Shown piece after piece: positions 1 to 10,204 of a DNA stretch of 64,000 bases. Both the position numbers and the translations under genes were made by a program. Within the stretch, counting starts at the first letter, position 1; each line of letters begins with the position of its first letter. The notes beneath the pieces were generated by a model. The model was given only the letters and a program-made list of their open reading frames with translations. It was not told where the DNA came from and searched no databases. The stretch covers positions 1 through 64,000 of the forward strand of contig JANLSU010000069.1 of NCBI GenBank assembly GCA_031362565.1. Direction: 5' to 3'. This stretch comes from a bacterium. GTDB taxonomy: Bacteria > Krumholzibacteriota > Krumholzibacteriia > G020349025.

Positions 1-207
1 GGTGGCAGGCAAAACCCCGCACGGAGCAAGGCCAAATAGGGGAGCGCGTCCGCTCGCAGGAGTGGGCAACAGACGGCCCGTCTGAGGCTTCCGGGTAGGC
101 TGCTTGATCCCGTCAGTAATGACGGGGCTAGAGGAATGATCGTCGTCTCGCCGAAGCGCCGCAAGGCGCGAAGGCGAGGAACAGGATTCGGCTTACGGCG
201 CTCTGCG
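1..207 (+). ncRNA. rnpB: RNase P RNA (type A), 3' portion; 5' part lies outside the window
   Basis: Conserved blocks GGAGCAAGGCCAAATAGGGG, CCGGGTAGGCTGCTTGA, P18 (CCCGTCA-GTAA-TGACGGG), CTAGAGGAATGAT and terminal ACAGGATTCGGCTTAC are colinear with bacterial rnpB. 3' end approximate. Confidence 0.95.
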
Positions 208-220
208 ACACTTCTCCGCC

Positions 221-739
221 ATGCCTTTTGACCTGCAACCCGTTCTGCGCGGGGAGCTGATCAGCCTCAGGCCCCTCCGGCCTGACGACTGGGACGCGCT
301 CTACGCCGTCGCCAGTGATCCGCTCATCTGGGAGCAGCATCCGTGCTCCGATCGCTACACGGAAGACGTGTTCCGGACGTTCTTCGCCGAGGCGCTGGAA
401 TCCGGCGGCGCCTTCGTCGTGACGGAGGCCACGGACGGCCGCGTCATCGGATCGTCGCGCTACCACGGCTACGACGAGGCGAAAAGCGAAATTGAGATCG
501 GCTGGACGTTCCTGGCCAGGCCCTACTGGGGCGGCGTCTATAACGGGGAACTGAAGCGGCTGATGCTGCGGCACGCCTTCGGATTCGTGGCGCGCGTGAT
601 CTTTCTCGTAGGGCCGGGCAACCTGCGGTCGCAACGGGCGCTGGAGAAGATTGGCGCGGGGCGGGCGGGGTCGCGGATCAACGGACGCGGCGAGGAAAGC
701 TTCGCCTACGAGATGCGCGCGGTTTCCCCTTCCTGCTGA
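221..739 (+). CDS. GNAT acetyltransferase (RimJ/RimL-like)
   Basis: LRPL..DD, EIGWTFL..YWG, N.RSQRALEKIGA motifs. Confidence 0.9.
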   Translation: MPFDLQPVLRGELISLRPLRPDDWDALYAVASDPLIWEQHPCSDRYTEDVFRTFFAEALESGGAFVVTEATDGRVIGSSRYHGYDEAKSEIEIGWTFLARPYWGGVYNGELKRLMLRHAFGFVARVIFLVGPGNLRSQRALEKIGAGRAGSRINGRGEESFAYEMRAVSPSC

Positions 740-2325
740 AGCCGCAACCGTTCCAGCCGCGACTCTTCCATCACATAGTTGAGCCTGTCATCCGACATCT
801 GGGTCAGCTCCGCCGCGGCGTCCTTCAGCTCGGCATGTTCGACCGCCCGCGACAGCACTTCCGCCTTGGTGGCCCCTTTTCCCTTACCCAGGAACGGCTT
901 GACGATCAGGTAGCCCACGTCCCGGAACGGCATGAAGCGGAGGAACCGCCGCAGCAAGCGGTACGTCTGGAGCGGATAGTGGCGGAACTTGTAGAGGAAC
1001 AGCCGCTTGAGCCCCTGCCGGCGAACCTCGTTGATCACCTCGCCGGACAGGCAGGTCGGATCGATCTCCGAGCACTTGAAGTACTTGTACCAATCGGTGA
1101 CGTCGTTCACGAGCCCGCGCTGCACGTATTCCTGCCAGAGTGGCGTGCCGCGATAGACGCACAGGCGGTTGAACCCGAAGGTGTCGAGCCGCAGCTTTGC
1201 CGCGAAGCGAAACGTCTTCCGCATGTCCTCTTCGGTCTCGTCGGGGCTGCCGACGACGAAGAACCCGTGCACGACTTCGATGCCGGCGCGCTTGGCCGCC
1301 GTCACCGCCGCCGTTGTCTCTTCGAGCGTCTGTTCCTTCTTCAGGCGGTCGAGGATGCGCTGCGAGCCCGATTCCATGCCGAACATGATGGTCCGGCAAC
1401 CCGAGCGCGCGAGCTTGGGAAACAGGTGCTGCGCCTGCGAATCGACGCGTCCTTCGAGTCCATACTTGATCGTGTTCTTCTGCGCCACCAGGCCATCGCA
1501 GATCGCCTCGATGCGTTTCGGTTGCAGAAGGAAATGGTCGTCGACGAAATAGATCGACCCGTAACCGTCGTTTTGCAGTTGGCGGAACTCGGCCAGGACG
1601 TGCTCGGGGCTTCGCGATCGCCACTTGCCTTCGTTGAAGACGGGAATGTCGCAAAACACACACGGCCACGGACAGCCGCGCGAAGTCTGCATCGTCGTGA
1701 AGCGATCGAGCGACAGCACCGCGGGCACGTCCAGCGGCATGGATTCGATGAAGTCGAGCGGCAATCCCTCGCGGTCGGGGAATGGCCAGCGGTCGAGATC
1801 GCGCGACAGCGGCCGGTTCGGATTGTGGTGGTCGTGGCCGTGCCGGTCGGTCCAGGTCACGCCCAGCACCCCATCGGGCTCGTCGAGCCGTTCGACGAGC
1901 TCGAGCAGGGTTTCCTCGCCATCGCCGCGGCACACGAAGTTGACTTCGGGCACCTGCATTTTGACGAGCTGCGCGTTGAGGCTCGCGAAGACCCCTCCGA
2001 AGGCGATTTTGACCTGCGAGTCGGCGGCACGAATCTGCCGGGCGAGGATCTTGGCGTATGGATAGCTGGTGGTGGAAAGGAAGCTCAGGCCGACCAGGCC
2101 GGGCCGCTGCGCGAGAATGTCTTGGATGATGACGTCGTTGGGCGTTGCCGGATTGGCCTGGTCGTACTGCTGAACCTCATGGCCGGCGCGTTTGAGCACG
2201 GAGGCCAGCGACATGATGCCGATGGGTGGGAAGCCCATGATCCGGAGGCGGCCGTTGCTCGCACGCCGCTTGGCCGGAATCGCGTAGAACTGGGGATCGC
2301 GGATGTGCACCAAGAAAACACGCAT
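706..2325 (-). CDS. B12-binding-domain radical SAM protein (class B methyltransferase-like)
   Basis: N-terminal cobalamin-binding domain (PPIG..SLA, VGLS, FGGVFA, GDGE); SRGCPWPCVFC CxxxCxxC motif; GMESGS. Start moved to ATG 2325 after GGAGG RBS. Confidence 0.9.
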   Translation of the reverse strand: MRVFLVHIRDPQFYAIPAKRRASNGRLRIMGFPPIGIMSLASVLKRAGHEVQQYDQANPATPNDVIIQDILAQRPGLVGLSFLSTTSYPYAKILARQIRAADSQVKIAFGGVFASLNAQLVKMQVPEVNFVCRGDGEETLLELVERLDEPDGVLGVTWTDRHGHDHHNPNRPLSRDLDRWPFPDREGLPLDFIESMPLDVPAVLSLDRFTTMQTSRGCPWPCVFCDIPVFNEGKWRSRSPEHVLAEFRQLQNDGYGSIYFVDDHFLLQPKRIEAICDGLVAQKNTIKYGLEGRVDSQAQHLFPKLARSGCRTIMFGMESGSQRILDRLKKEQTLEETTAAVTAAKRAGIEVVHGFFVVGSPDETEEDMRKTFRFAAKLRLDTFGFNRLCVYRGTPLWQEYVQRGLVNDVTDWYKYFKCSEIDPTCLSGEVINEVRRQGLKRLFLYKFRHYPLQTYRLLRRFLRFMPFRDVGYLIVKPFLGKGKGATKAEVLSRAVEHAELKDAAAELTQMSDDRLNYVMEESRLERLRLQQEGETARIS

Positions 2326-2621
2326 GAAACCTCCGAAGGGCGCGGCCTCGCCTGGCGTTGACGGCGGCCGGATCGTATCACCAGGCGCCCGGGACCGGAA
2401 ATCGAAACCGTGACCGATCGAGGCAGGACAAACCGGGCATCCGCTCGTCCACACACCCACAGGCCAAAACGACAACGCCGTGACGTTCGCGGCGGGGACC
2501 CAAGCCCTTTTTTGAGGCCCGCCGCGGACGCCGCGCACCGCGAGCCGAGGCCGCGGGGAGGGTAGAAGGCGTTCGGCACCTACCCGTTCCGCCCCGTACG
2601 CCGCAGGGTTGCGAGGCGTGC

Positions 2622-2840
2622 TTGAAGTCGGGCTCGCGCTGGGTTCACCTCCGCTACTGCTTGAGCTGTGGCCTCGTCGGCTGCTGTGACAGCTCGCCGA
2701 ATCGGCATGCGACGCGGCATTTTCACGCAGTGCAGCACCCGGTGATGGCGTCCATCGAGCCCGGTGAGCGCTGGGCGTGGTGCTACGTCCACGAGGCCGA
2801 ACTGCCCGTACCAGCGCCGTTCATGCCTTACATGCGCTAG
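2622..2840 (+). CDS. Stand-alone UBP-type zinc-finger protein (true start uncertain)
   Basis: WVHLRYCLSCGLVGCCDSSPNRHATRHF..HP....EPGE.W.WCY; the first Cys pair (GCEAC) lies in frame just upstream of the TTG. Confidence 0.75.
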   Translation: MKSGSRWVHLRYCLSCGLVGCCDSSPNRHATRHFHAVQHPVMASIEPGERWAWCYVHEAELPVPAPFMPYMR

Positions 2841-2964
2841 AGGCGGATTCTGTCGACATTCGAGTGAGCGCCATGTAACCTTGCGAGTGGTGACGCTTGC
2901 CACCAAGTCCGCTGGCGCGATTTCCGGCACCCTCCCTTCAACTGTCGCGCGGATGCAGAGACGC

Positions 2965-3627
2965 ATGAACGGGACCCACACGAAACGCCGGTTTTCCACC
3001 CGCGCTGTTCCCCCGCAACGCGCCGGCCGCGCGGCTTTCCTGCTGCTCGGCGCCTTGGGACTGGGTCTTCCCGCACCCTGCTGGGCCGCGAACGACGGGC
3101 ACGTGGCCGTCCGGATCGACGAATTGGCGGGCGTGTTCCAGCTGCACGGCACTTTCGCTACCGACGCCGGTCCCGGTGTCGCCTGGCAAGTGTTGACCGA
3201 CTACGACCACATCGGCGATTTTGTCCGCCAGCTGAAACGCAGCGACGTCGAGCGACGTCCGGACGGGCAACTGGTGTTGAACCAGGTTGTCGGTGCCGGG
3301 AGTTTTCCGTTCCGGCGCACTCTGCACGTCGCGCTCGAGCTGCACGACGAAGTGGTCGGACGAATCGGTTTTCGAGACATTCTCGGCAAGGACTTCAAGG
3401 TCTACGTCGGCGAGTGGCAAATGGCGCCGGATTCGACCGGCACCGTCGTTCAGTACACCCTCGCGGTTCAACCGCGCACGCGGGTGCCGCACCGGCTCAT
3501 CCGGGGCGCAATGAGTGGCGGGATCCGCAGCTATTTGTCGCAGATGCAGACCGAGATGGAACGCCGCGCCGCCGTCTGCCCCGCAAAAGACGCGCTCCGC
3601 GTCGTCGGTTCCGCGCCGCCACCCTGA
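2965..3627 (+). CDS. Secreted SRPBCC/START-fold (polyketide cyclase-like) protein
   Basis: Signal peptide; AWQVLTDYD and GKDFKVYVGEW motifs; start approximate. Confidence 0.75.
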   Translation: MNGTHTKRRFSTRAVPPQRAGRAAFLLLGALGLGLPAPCWAANDGHVAVRIDELAGVFQLHGTFATDAGPGVAWQVLTDYDHIGDFVRQLKRSDVERRPDGQLVLNQVVGAGSFPFRRTLHVALELHDEVVGRIGFRDILGKDFKVYVGEWQMAPDSTGTVVQYTLAVQPRTRVPHRLIRGAMSGGIRSYLSQMQTEMERRAAVCPAKDALRVVGSAPPP

Positions 3628-3744
3628 TGAACCACGCACGCTGGAGCCGGTCAACCGACGCCGCGCCCCGTCTGCCTTTCGGACCTATCGAGATCGGCGG
3701 CGGGTTGTGCTATCGTGCGCCGTCTTCAAGATGGAGGGTCGGGA

Positions 3745-4158
3745 ATGCATCGATCGAGCTGGTTGGCGATTGGGATTCTTGCGGCAGGGTTCCCCTGCGT
3801 CGCGTTGGCGCAGTCGGCGCCCGTCGGCGATCGAGAACACGGGCGCTATCTGGCCGAGCGCGTCGCCATGTGCGTGCAATGTCACACACCGCGCGACATG
3901 AACGGCAACCTGATCGCGTCGGAGCTGTTCATGGGCGCGCCGGTGCCCGTCTCGCCGCCCTCCTGGTTGACGGAATGGGCGCTCCGGGCGCCGCGGATCG
4001 CCGGGATGCCGGGCTATACCGAAGTGGATTTCGTGCGCTTGCTGACGCAAGGGACCCCGCGCGCCGGCCAGGTGCCGATCCGCCGGCCGATGCCGCCGTT
4101 CCGCATGAGTGAACAGGATGCGAAGGACATCTACTCGTACCTCGCATCGCTGCGCTGA
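3745..4158 (+). CDS. Periplasmic monoheme cytochrome c
   Basis: Signal peptide, CVQCH heme motif, distal PMP, IYSYLASL. Confidence 0.9.
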   Translation: MHRSSWLAIGILAAGFPCVALAQSAPVGDREHGRYLAERVAMCVQCHTPRDMNGNLIASELFMGAPVPVSPPSWLTEWALRAPRIAGMPGYTEVDFVRLLTQGTPRAGQVPIRRPMPPFRMSEQDAKDIYSYLASLR

Positions 4159-4388
4159 ATTCGCCGGCGCTTCGCAAACGCCGCAACGATTTGCGCGTCG
4201 ACCGCAGTCCGGCGTTCCCGCAACCCAAGAGAATTCGTGTTAGATTCGGCCCGGTTGCGGCGCACAGAACCGGGGCATTGCGGCTCCGTCGAACCACGCC
4301 GCGGCCGGAGTGAATGGATGGCCGTCCAGCTGGCGCAGAGCGTCTCGCCGCCACACTCCGTGTCCTTCCACAGGCACGCGAAGGCGGC

Positions 4389-5966
4389 ATGTCCCATCCC
4401 AGAGTGATCTGCCCGGCCGGCAGCACGCCGGCGGTACTCAAGACTGTCCGGCTCCGGCGCCGCGCGCTTCCGGACGACGTTCTCCGGCAGGCATCGCGCC
4501 GGCTGGGAGCGCTGTCGCTGGTGGGGGCGGCGCTTTGGGTCATCGCCTTGGTTGAGTACCGCCTCGTTCTGGGACCGATGATGCGCGGCGGTGCGGATTG
4601 GCGCGCTCTACAACCCACCGACGCCATCGCGGCAGTGAGCGTGGCGATCTCGATCGGGTTGTTCTTCTACACCCGTAAGGGCAGCCGCGACCCGCGATTG
4701 GTGATGGATCTCGGCCTCGTCTATATGGTGGTCACGGCGTTGGGGATCGGTCTGACCGGCCATTGGGAACACGTCCCGCCCGGTACATCCACCATGCCGA
4801 TGATCAGCTGGGTCGGCGCCGTGGTGTTGATGTTCGCGGCGATCGTGCCGAGTACGCCTGGGAAGACGTTGGTCGCGGGACTCATCGCCGCGTCCATGAA
4901 TCCCGCTGCGATGCTGGTGGCGCGGGCTCGAGGCACCTGGGACTTTGGTCCCGCGAGTGGTGCGCTGATGATGCACTACCCCGACTATCTGCTGGTGGGA
5001 GTCGCGGTGGTGATTTCGCACGTCGTCACGGAACTGGGCGGCCAGATCACCAAAGCGCGTGAGATGGGAAGCTACCAACTGGGGGAGTTGCTCGGTCGTG
5101 GCGGCATGGGCGAGGTCTACAGGGCGACGCATCGAATGCTGGCGCGGCCCGCGGCGATCAAGCTGATCCGCCCCGAGATGATCGTCGCCGCGCAAGGCGA
5201 GGGGGCCCAAGTCGCGGTGAAACGCTTCCGGCGCGAGGCGGAGGTGGCGGCGAACCTCCGCTCGCCGCACACGGTTGAACTCTACGATTTTGGTGTTACA
5301 GAAGACGAGACACTCTATTTCGTGATGGAACTGCTGGAAGGGATGGATCTCGAGTCGCTGGTGCGCGACACCGGCCCCGTGCCGCCGGCCCGCGCGATCC
5401 ACATCCTGCGCCAAGTCTGCGAATCCTTGGAGGAGGCCCATGCCTCGGGGCTCGTGCACCGTGACATCAAACCGGCGAACATTCACGTCGGGCGGCTTGG
5501 GCTCCAGCACGACTTCGTCAAAGTGCTCGACTTCGGACTCGTGAAATCCATCCGCGGCGACAACACCGAAGAATCGCTCGCAACTGCCGCGGGAGTCGCA
5601 GCGGGGACACCGGCCTATATGGCGCCCGAGATGGCATTGGGAGAACCGTTCGACGGCCGCAGCGACCTGTATGCGCTGGGTTGCGTCGCGTACTACATGC
5701 TCACCGGCCAGCGCGTGTTCGAGGCCTCCAACCACCTGCAGGTTCTGGCGAAGCACTTGCGCGACGCGCCGGACCCCTTTGCGAAACGGGTCGCGTTCCA
5801 CGTGCCGGCCGAGCTCGAGCAACTCGTGCTCGCTTGCGTCGCGAAGAAACCCGCGGATCGGCCCCAGAGTGCAGCCGATCTGTCGCGCTCACTCGCGGCA
5901 ATCGAGATCACGGCCTGGGACGAAGCACAGGCGAAGACGTGGTGGCAGCTCGAACGTCCCGCGTGA
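4389..5966 (+). CDS. Membrane-anchored Hanks-type Ser/Thr kinase (multi-TM N-terminus, C-terminal kinase)
   Basis: About 6 hydrophobic helices, then GRGGMGEVY, AIK, HRDIKPAN, DFG, GTPAYMAPE. Confidence 0.92.
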   Translation: MSHPRVICPAGSTPAVLKTVRLRRRALPDDVLRQASRRLGALSLVGAALWVIALVEYRLVLGPMMRGGADWRALQPTDAIAAVSVAISIGLFFYTRKGSRDPRLVMDLGLVYMVVTALGIGLTGHWEHVPPGTSTMPMISWVGAVVLMFAAIVPSTPGKTLVAGLIAASMNPAAMLVARARGTWDFGPASGALMMHYPDYLLVGVAVVISHVVTELGGQITKAREMGSYQLGELLGRGGMGEVYRATHRMLARPAAIKLIRPEMIVAAQGEGAQVAVKRFRREAEVAANLRSPHTVELYDFGVTEDETLYFVMELLEGMDLESLVRDTGPVPPARAIHILRQVCESLEEAHASGLVHRDIKPANIHVGRLGLQHDFVKVLDFGLVKSIRGDNTEESLATAAGVAAGTPAYMAPEMALGEPFDGRSDLYALGCVAYYMLTGQRVFEASNHLQVLAKHLRDAPDPFAKRVAFHVPAELEQLVLACVAKKPADRPQSAADLSRSLAAIEITAWDEAQAKTWWQLERPA

Positions 5967-6094
5967 GACCTCCGGCGCCCTGGCGTTGGAGACCATGCTC
6001 GAGCTGATCCAGAGAGTGCTACACTTGCCGGCCGGGTTGTGAAGGACCGGTGCGAACGGCGCCCGCCCACGACGAATCGCCGAGGAGCAAGGCC

Positions 6095-6931
6095 ATGAAC
6101 TACATCCAGGTCGGCAAGGAGAACTCCGGGAACATCGATCTCTACTACGAAGATCATGGAACGGGGAAACCTGTTGTGTTGATCCACGGTTGGCCGCTCA
6201 GCGGCGACGCTTGGGAAAAACAGGTCCCGGCGCTGATGCAAGGCGGCTATCGTGTCATCACGTACGACCGCCGGGGATTCGGCAAATCGAGCCGCCCGAC
6301 GACGGGGTACGACTACGACACGTTCGCCGCCGATCTGCAGACGTTGTTGACGAAACTCGAACTCCGCGATGTCACCTTGGTCGGCTTTTCGATGGGTGGC
6401 GGCGAGGTGGCGCGCTATCTTGGGAAGTACGGCAGCGAACGGGTGAGCAAGGCGGTGTTCATGGCGGCGATTCCACCGTTCCTGTTGCAGACTCCCGCCA
6501 ACCCGGCGGGCGTCGATGGCAAACTCTTCGATGGCATCAAGCAGGCGATTGCCGCCGACCGTCCGGCCTTCCTCACCAGCTTCCTCGCCAATTTCTACAA
6601 CCTCGACGTTCTCGGCGGGAAAAGCATCAGCGACGAGGCCGTGCGTCAGAGTTGGAACATCGCCGCCGGCGCGTCTCCCCAAGGCACCTTGGATTGCGTG
6701 CAGGCCTGGCTGACCGATTTTCGCGACGACCTCGCACGCATCAAGGTGCCGACGCTGGTCATTCACGGCGATGCGGACCGGATCCTGCCGCTTGCCGCGA
6801 CCGGCAATCGCACGCATGAGTTGGTGAAGGGGAGCCGCCTCGTGGTCGTGGAAGGCGGGCCGCACGGGTTGAACTGGACCCATGCGGACCAAGTCAACCG
6901 CGCGCTCCGCGAATTTCTCGCGGAGAACTGA
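6095..6931 (+). CDS. Alpha/beta hydrolase, non-heme haloperoxidase/perhydrolase family
   Basis: LIHGWPL, YDRRGFG, GFSMGG nucleophile elbow, HGDAD, GGPHG. Confidence 0.92.
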   Translation: MNYIQVGKENSGNIDLYYEDHGTGKPVVLIHGWPLSGDAWEKQVPALMQGGYRVITYDRRGFGKSSRPTTGYDYDTFAADLQTLLTKLELRDVTLVGFSMGGGEVARYLGKYGSERVSKAVFMAAIPPFLLQTPANPAGVDGKLFDGIKQAIAADRPAFLTSFLANFYNLDVLGGKSISDEAVRQSWNIAAGASPQGTLDCVQAWLTDFRDDLARIKVPTLVIHGDADRILPLAATGNRTHELVKGSRLVVVEGGPHGLNWTHADQVNRALREFLAEN

Positions 6932-7039
6932 GGGTTCCCGTTCCGGGCGCGTTCGGACTATCCTGCGGCGACGGCGCACTCGAGTCCATCTGGGACCAAG
7001 GCGAGCGGCGTCGGCTCGAAGGAAGGATCCGGACTGCCG

Positions 7040-7846
7040 ATGAACGCACGAGCGCTCCAAAGTCCCGTCGGTGCGGCCGGCGAGGCGATCCTCGAGTTCA
7101 TCGCGGGTGCCGGCCGTCTGGCGCTTTTCTTGGCGCGCTTTGCCGCCGAGTTGCCGGGCGGATTGCGTTATCGGCGCTTGATCCTGCGGCAATGCTTTCA
7201 AATCGGCAATCAGTCGATGCCGCTCGTCGTCCTCACGTCGATTTTCGTGGGTGGAGTGGCGGCGCTGCAAAGCTCGTATCAGTTTCAAGGCGCGATTCCG
7301 CTCATCTATGTCGGCACCGTGCTGGCGAAATCGGTGTTCATCGAATTGGGGCCGGTGCTGACGGCGCTCGTCGTCGGGTCGCGCGTCGGAGCTTCGATCG
7401 CGGCCGAGATCGGCACGATGAGGGTCACCGAACAGCTGGACGCCCTCGAGACGCTGGCGATCCGGCCGGTCCGCTATCTCGCCATTCCGCGCTTCGTCGC
7501 CGCCGTCGTCATGCTGCCCGTCATCACGGTCTTCGCCAACGCCATCGCAATCGTCGGCGGCATGGTCGTGGCGGTGGCGCGCGTCGGCATCTCGGTACAC
7601 ACGTTCACGCGTGGCATGCGACTCTTGTTCGATGCCCACGACATCTACGGTGGGTTGATCAAATCGTTTGTCTTTGGCGCCGTGATCGCCCTTGCCGGAT
7701 GCTATTTTGGCTTTACGACGGCCGGCGGGGCCGAAGGGGTCGGCACCGCAACCATGAAGGCCGTCGTCGCTTGCTGCGTCATGATTCTCGTCGCGGATTA
7801 CTTCCTTGCGGAAGTCATCTTTCGTATTCTGTTCGCCCCGAAGTGA
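7040..7846 (+). CDS. mlaE: MlaE-family ABC permease
   Basis: ELGPVLTAL..GSRVGASIAAEIGTMRVTEQLDAL; GGAEGVG. Confidence 0.93.
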   Translation: MNARALQSPVGAAGEAILEFIAGAGRLALFLARFAAELPGGLRYRRLILRQCFQIGNQSMPLVVLTSIFVGGVAALQSSYQFQGAIPLIYVGTVLAKSVFIELGPVLTALVVGSRVGASIAAEIGTMRVTEQLDALETLAIRPVRYLAIPRFVAAVVMLPVITVFANAIAIVGGMVVAVARVGISVHTFTRGMRLLFDAHDIYGGLIKSFVFGAVIALAGCYFGFTTAGGAEGVGTATMKAVVACCVMILVADYFLAEVIFRILFAPK

Positions 7847-7853
7847 GCTCCCG

Positions 7854-8630
7854 ATGATCGAGATCCAAGGCCTCACCAAGCGCTTCGGAAGCACCACGAT
7901 CCTGGACGGACTCGATCTGGAGATTCCGACCGGCCAGTGCACGGTGATTCTCGGCCGGTCCGGCTGCGGCAAGAGTGTGCTCTTGAAGCACATCATCGGC
8001 TTGATCCGGCCGGATGCCGGCTCGATCCGGATCGACTCGGTGGAGGTCGGGAGTCTGGGGTACGACGACTTGGCGAATTTGCGACGGCGGTTCGGCATGC
8101 TCTTTCAAATGGCCGCGCTCTTCGATTCGATGACGGTCGGCGAGAATGTCGGGCTGGCGCTCCGGGAGCACACCAAGAAGAGCGAAGCGGAAATCCGGCG
8201 GATCTGCGAAGAGAAACTCACCCTCGTCGGCCTGGCCGGGATTCAGGACAAGAAACCGTCCGACCTTTCCGGGGGCATGCGTAAACGCGTCGGCTTGGCG
8301 CGGGCGATCGCCATGGACCCCGACTACGTTCTGTATGACGAGCCGACGACGGGCCTGGACCCGATCACCGCCGAGCAGATCAACCTGTTGATTCGGGATC
8401 TGCAACGGCGCCTGCATCTGACTTCGGTCGCGGTGACGCATGACATGAAGAGTGCGTACGCCATCGGTGACCGGCTCTGTCTGCTCTACAAGGGCAAGAT
8501 CCAATTCATCGGCACGCCGGATGAAATCCGCTCGACGGGCGATCCGACCGTGCAGCAGTTCATCCATGGGGAAGCATCGGGACCGCTTACCGACGAGGTC
8601 GGAGCGGTACGAGCGGGCCGCAAGGCCTGA
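7854..8630 (+). CDS. mlaF: MlaF-family ABC ATPase
   Basis: Walker A GRSGCGKS, LSGGMRKRVGLARA, YDEPTTGLDP. Confidence 0.93.
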   Translation: MIEIQGLTKRFGSTTILDGLDLEIPTGQCTVILGRSGCGKSVLLKHIIGLIRPDAGSIRIDSVEVGSLGYDDLANLRRRFGMLFQMAALFDSMTVGENVGLALREHTKKSEAEIRRICEEKLTLVGLAGIQDKKPSDLSGGMRKRVGLARAIAMDPDYVLYDEPTTGLDPITAEQINLLIRDLQRRLHLTSVAVTHDMKSAYAIGDRLCLLYKGKIQFIGTPDEIRSTGDPTVQQFIHGEASGPLTDEVGAVRAGRKA

Positions 8631-8648
8631 AGGCTGGAGGAGGCAAGG

Positions 8649-9554
8649 ATGTCCGAGCGAGGCCAGCAGATCCGGGTCGGAATGATCTTCATCGTTTCCG
8701 TTGTCATCCTGGTGGCGGGGGTCCTCTGGTTCAAGAATTTCAAGTTCGGCGGCGCGAACAACAAGGTGACGGTCGAGTTCGCCACCACGAGCGGCTTGGT
8801 GCGCGGCGATCCGGTCGAGGTGCGCGGTGTACCGTCCGGCCAGGTGTCGCTGATTCGTTTCGAGGCGGGCCGGGCGCTCGTCACGCTGGATCTCGACAAG
8901 AGCGTTCAGCTCTATTCCGACACGCGTTTCGCGATCGAGAATGTCGGGATCATGGGGCAGAAACTCGTGGCCGTGTATCCCGGCAAAGACACGGTGCCGG
9001 TGGATCCCGGCACGCAGTCCTTCAAGGGCGACTACCAGCCGGGAATCCCGGAATTCATGTCGAACCTGGAGGTCGTGCTCGAGTCCTTCAACCACCTGAC
9101 GAATCGACTCGATGCGCTGTTGGGCGCGTTCGACGAGTCCGATCAAGGTTCATTGCGGCATACGCTCAAGAACACGGAAGCGATCAGCGACGACGTCGCG
9201 CGGTTCACGAAGGAAACGCAGGGTGAACTCGCGAAGTCGGTTCGCAATTTCAGCCTGGCCATGGATGACCTGCACCATACGTTGAGCGGCCGCGATCCGC
9301 AGATCGACGCGCTCTTGCAGAATACGACGCGCGCCACCGCGCGGGCCGACACCGCACTGGCGGTGTTGCAGGCGGCAGCCATTCGAGCCGACTCCCTCAT
9401 GGCCGGTCTCAACCGGGGCCAAGGGTCGATGGGCAAGATGATGCAAGATGAAACATTGTACCGGGAACTGACGGCAACCCTCAGCGAGACGCGTACGCTC
9501 CTCGCCGACATCAAGGCGCATCCGAAGAAGTACTTCAAAGTCAGCGTGTTTTAG
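8649..9554 (+). CDS. mlaD: MlaD/MCE-domain protein with long helical C-terminus
   Basis: N-terminal TM, GL..GDPV..RGV..GQV MCE motif, C-terminal DIKAHPKKY; operonic with mlaEF. Confidence 0.9.
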   Translation: MSERGQQIRVGMIFIVSVVILVAGVLWFKNFKFGGANNKVTVEFATTSGLVRGDPVEVRGVPSGQVSLIRFEAGRALVTLDLDKSVQLYSDTRFAIENVGIMGQKLVAVYPGKDTVPVDPGTQSFKGDYQPGIPEFMSNLEVVLESFNHLTNRLDALLGAFDESDQGSLRHTLKNTEAISDDVARFTKETQGELAKSVRNFSLAMDDLHHTLSGRDPQIDALLQNTTRATARADTALAVLQAAAIRADSLMAGLNRGQGSMGKMMQDETLYRELTATLSETRTLLADIKAHPKKYFKVSVF

Positions 9555-9606
9555 GCGCCTGGGTGCCCGCGCGTCCGAGGCAACCGCTGCAGAAAGCCAG
9601 GACCCG

Positions 9607-10167
9607 ATGCCGCATCTCGTCGCACTTTCCGGCAGTCTCCGCGCCGCGTCGATCAATACGATGTTGCTCCATGCGGCTGTCGACGCGGCTCCGCCCGGAA
9701 CGAACGTCGAGGTTGCGTCGATCCAAGGGATTCCACTCTACGATGGCGACGTCGAAGCGGCGTCGGGGTCGCCGCCGGCAGTGCAGGCTCTGAAGGATCG
9801 AATCGCGCGCGCCGACGGGTTGCTTCTCGCCACGCCCGAGTACAACAGTTCGATTCCGGGAGTGTTCAAGAACGCGATCGACTGGTTGTCGCGCCCCAGT
9901 AGCGATATCGGCCGCGTGTTCGGCGGCCGCCCGGTCGGCGTCATCGGCGCGACACCGGGTCCGGGTGGCACGAGCCTGGCGCAAGCCGCGTGGTTGCCCG
10001 TACTGCGAACCCTCGGGACACTGCCGTACTTCGGCGCCCGGCTCCAGGTGTCGAACGCCGGCAAGGTGTTCGACGCCCAAGGAAAGCTTATCGATCCGGC
10101 AGTGCGGGCCCAAGTCGAGAAGTACATGGCCGGTTTTGCGGAGTTTGTTGCACGTCACAAGCCTTGA
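9607..10167 (+). CDS. NADPH-dependent FMN reductase (ChrR/SsuE-like)
   Basis: SGSLRAASIN, TPEYNSSIPGVFKNAIDWLSR. Confidence 0.92.
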   Translation: MPHLVALSGSLRAASINTMLLHAAVDAAPPGTNVEVASIQGIPLYDGDVEAASGSPPAVQALKDRIARADGLLLATPEYNSSIPGVFKNAIDWLSRPSSDIGRVFGGRPVGVIGATPGPGGTSLAQAAWLPVLRTLGTLPYFGARLQVSNAGKVFDAQGKLIDPAVRAQVEKYMAGFAEFVARHKP

Positions 10168-10204
10168 ATGACATGTCCGCCAAAGGCGAAAGGATGGCTC
10201 GAAC

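Noticed and set aside
835..2361. Long antisense and alternate-frame ORFs (e.g. 835-2361, 5693-8098, 34180-35808, 36046-37797, 55863-57716)
   Set aside because: They shadow well-supported genes, lack recognisable motifs, and are expected in high-GC DNA
706..4158. Radical SAM + SRPBCC + cytochrome c as a RiPP or polyketide cluster
   Set aside because: No precursor peptide, synthase or dedicated transporter, and the genes are divergent with unrelated localisation
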